Notes under the pieces: generated by a model
The model's database searches: none
Seen by the model: the letters and a program-made list of their open reading frames with translations, nothing else
Told to the model about the DNA's origin: nothing
NCBI GenBank assembly: GCA_963842945.1
Contig: CAWJIM010000019.1
Span: forward strand, 384,001 to 448,000
Length of the DNA stretch: 64,000 nucleotides
Source: an uncultured Gemmatimonadales bacterium
GTDB taxonomy: Bacteria; Gemmatimonadota; Gemmatimonadetes; Gemmatimonadales; GWC2-71-9
Direction of reading: 5' to 3'
Shown: positions 62,226 through 64,000 of the stretch, one piece after another
Numbering within the stretch: position 1 is the stretch's first letter
How the letters are laid out: each line of letters begins with the position of its first letter
Made by a program: the position numbers and the translations under genes

Positions 62226-63949
62226 GCTTTACCATCCAGCCACGCTTCGATATGCGATCGAAGAAACGAGAGCGGGACACTGCCGCTCTCGAGGACCCGG
62301 TCGTGGAACTCGCGGATGTCGAACTTGTCTCCCAGCCGAGCCTGCGCCTCGTCGCGCAGCCGCTCGATCTCCAGCCGCCCGATCATGTACGCCGTGGCCT
62401 GGCCCGGATTGGCGATGTAGCGGTCCACCTCCGACTCCACCGCGGCCCGGGAATTCGGCACATGCGCCATCATGTAGTCGATCGCCTGCTGGCGCGACCA
62501 GCCCAGCACCGCGAGGCCGGGGTCCACCACCAGCCGGGCGGCACGCAGGGCCTGCTGGCCCAGCTCGCCGAAGCGATCGAGGTCGCTCGAGTACAAGCCC
62601 ATCTCTCCCGCCATCCGCTCCGCATACAGTCCCCAGCCCTCGGTGAACCCGGAGAAGACGAGGTAGCGGGTGATGGGATGCGCGTTCCCCCGCTCCTGCG
62701 CCAGCGCGATCTGCAGGTGATGGCCCGGAATCGTTTCGTGGAAGGCGATGCCCTCGAGCGGCGCCCGGGGCTGCGGCGGGGTGTTGCGCGCGTTGATCCT
62801 CCAGCGTCCCGGCCGCTTGCCGTCGGGAGTGCCGGGCACATAGGAGTTGGGGCAGCCGCCCTTCTCCTCGAACGCGAGGCATGGATCCACGATCACGTCG
62901 CCTCGGGGAAGCCGGCCGAACCAGCGGGGCATGGCCGCCTTGGCCCGCCCGATCGCCGCCTCGGCCGAGGCGATGATCTGCTCCCGGCTGCCGAAGGTAC
63001 TGTCGGTCCGAAGCCTCTGGTACACGGCAGGCAGATCGGAGCTGCCGTAGCTCCGCTGCGCCAGCGGACGGGCCTCGGCTTCGATCGCCGCCATCTGCTG
63101 AAGCCCCAGCTGGTGGATCGCCCGGGCATCCTTGTCCACCGTGGTGAACTGCCGCACGCTGGCCCGATAGCACTCGGCGCCATTGGGCAGGGCGCTGAGC
63201 GCGGTGCCGGTGCGGGCCTTGGGGATGTACTCGGACACGAGGAAGTCGCGATACCGGGTGGCAGCGGGGATGATCTCCCGGGCGACGATGGCGATCACCG
63301 AGTCCCGGAACCCCGGCGCCGAGTCCCGGTCGGCGAGCCCGGCGAACGGAGACCGCTCGGCCGGAGACTTGAGGACTTCATTCAGCTGCGCGACCACCAT
63401 CTGGGCGTTGGCCTTGGGCTGAGTGTACCCCAGGCGGAGCCCCTCCTTGAGATTGCCGATCTCGGTGTCCACGTAGCGGGCGACGCCGTGCCAGCGGACC
63501 AGTGCCGCAGCCCGGAGCTTCGGGGTGCCGACCGGCTGTAACTGGGCCATGACCGGCAGGTAGATCTGCCAGCCCGCCTGCTGGCTCAGCGGCAGCAGCT
63601 CGCCGCGGCAGATCCGGCTCTGGCGCGAGGCCTCCAGCGTCTCCAGCAAAACACCGTAGGTCGCGTCCTCTGGCCGGCCACTCAGTTCATCGGCCCGAAT
63701 CTCCTTCAGCCGGGAGATCCATCGGTCCTCTTTCTTCTCCCAGGCCCGAAGCGCGGGGAGCGAGTTGTCGTTCATCCGGTCGTTGGGAGCCTCCGGTACG
63801 CCGAGGAAAACGGCGGCGAGCGGAAAGGTCTGTACGAAGGTGCTCCAGTATTCATCGGCCAGAGCATCCACTTTCGAGGGAGCATCACCAGGTGCAGCGC
63901 CGGTGGCCAGCGCAAGGAGGATGAGCGAAACCGAACGCAGATGTGTCAT
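62222..63949 (-). CDS. DUF885 family protein (putative secreted metallopeptidase)
   Basis: Signal peptide; HETIPGHHLQ, FTEGWGLYAE, EVDRY, PGQATAY, FHDRVL..GSVPL. Confidence 0.92.
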   Translation of the reverse strand: MTHLRSVSLILLALATGAAPGDAPSKVDALADEYWSTFVQTFPLAAVFLGVPEAPNDRMNDNSLPALRAWEKKEDRWISRLKEIRADELSGRPEDATYGVLLETLEASRQSRICRGELLPLSQQAGWQIYLPVMAQLQPVGTPKLRAAALVRWHGVARYVDTEIGNLKEGLRLGYTQPKANAQMVVAQLNEVLKSPAERSPFAGLADRDSAPGFRDSVIAIVAREIIPAATRYRDFLVSEYIPKARTGTALSALPNGAECYRASVRQFTTVDKDARAIHQLGLQQMAAIEAEARPLAQRSYGSSDLPAVYQRLRTDSTFGSREQIIASAEAAIGRAKAAMPRWFGRLPRGDVIVDPCLAFEEKGGCPNSYVPGTPDGKRPGRWRINARNTPPQPRAPLEGIAFHETIPGHHLQIALAQERGNAHPITRYLVFSGFTEGWGLYAERMAGEMGLYSSDLDRFGELGQQALRAARLVVDPGLAVLGWSRQQAIDYMMAHVPNSRAAVESEVDRYIANPGQATAYMIGRLEIERLRDEAQARLGDKFDIREFHDRVLESGSVPLSFLRSHIEAWLDGKA

Positions 63950-64000
63950 ACCTGTAACCCGCTGGACAGAGGAAGAATGAACGGGAACGCTACGCTGAAC

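Overview
High-GC bacterial DNA whose gene content and style (Ser/Thr kinase-TPR, TPR-HD-GYP, DUF885, LLES/LIES-type TonB, heptamer intergenic arrays) suggest a Gemmatimonadota-like organism; this taxonomy is inference. Many genes are broken by single-base indels, most likely long-read consensus errors, so several CDS boundaries are reconstructed across frames. Contents: a housekeeping-like block (thiolase, SPFH, 3-hydroxyacyl-CoA dehydrogenase, FAD oxidase, thyX); an operon of two ATP-grasp ligases, a GNAT and KamA; an EF-G paralog; transporters; a secreted-enzyme region with a duplicated divergent DUF4185-like/serine-hydrolase pair, an AA5-type copper radical oxidase and a PQQ sugar dehydrogenase; Mn catalase; an S1C protease/LuxR operon; an ABC transporter; DUF885. 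The most striking locus is 13.1-19.0 kb (minus strand). Two ZU5-like lipoproteins both end in HF|SRYAVAY, an autoproteolysis-type motif leaving a 7-residue tail, and a decayed third copy lies in an intergenic gap. They are co-oriented with a TPR-only protein, a TPR-HD-GYP phosphodiesterase and an OppA-like peptide-binding protein. I propose this as a candidate self-cleaving peptide signalling system with cyclic-dinucleotide output (hypothesis). No rRNA, tRNA, CRISPR array or transposase was recognised.
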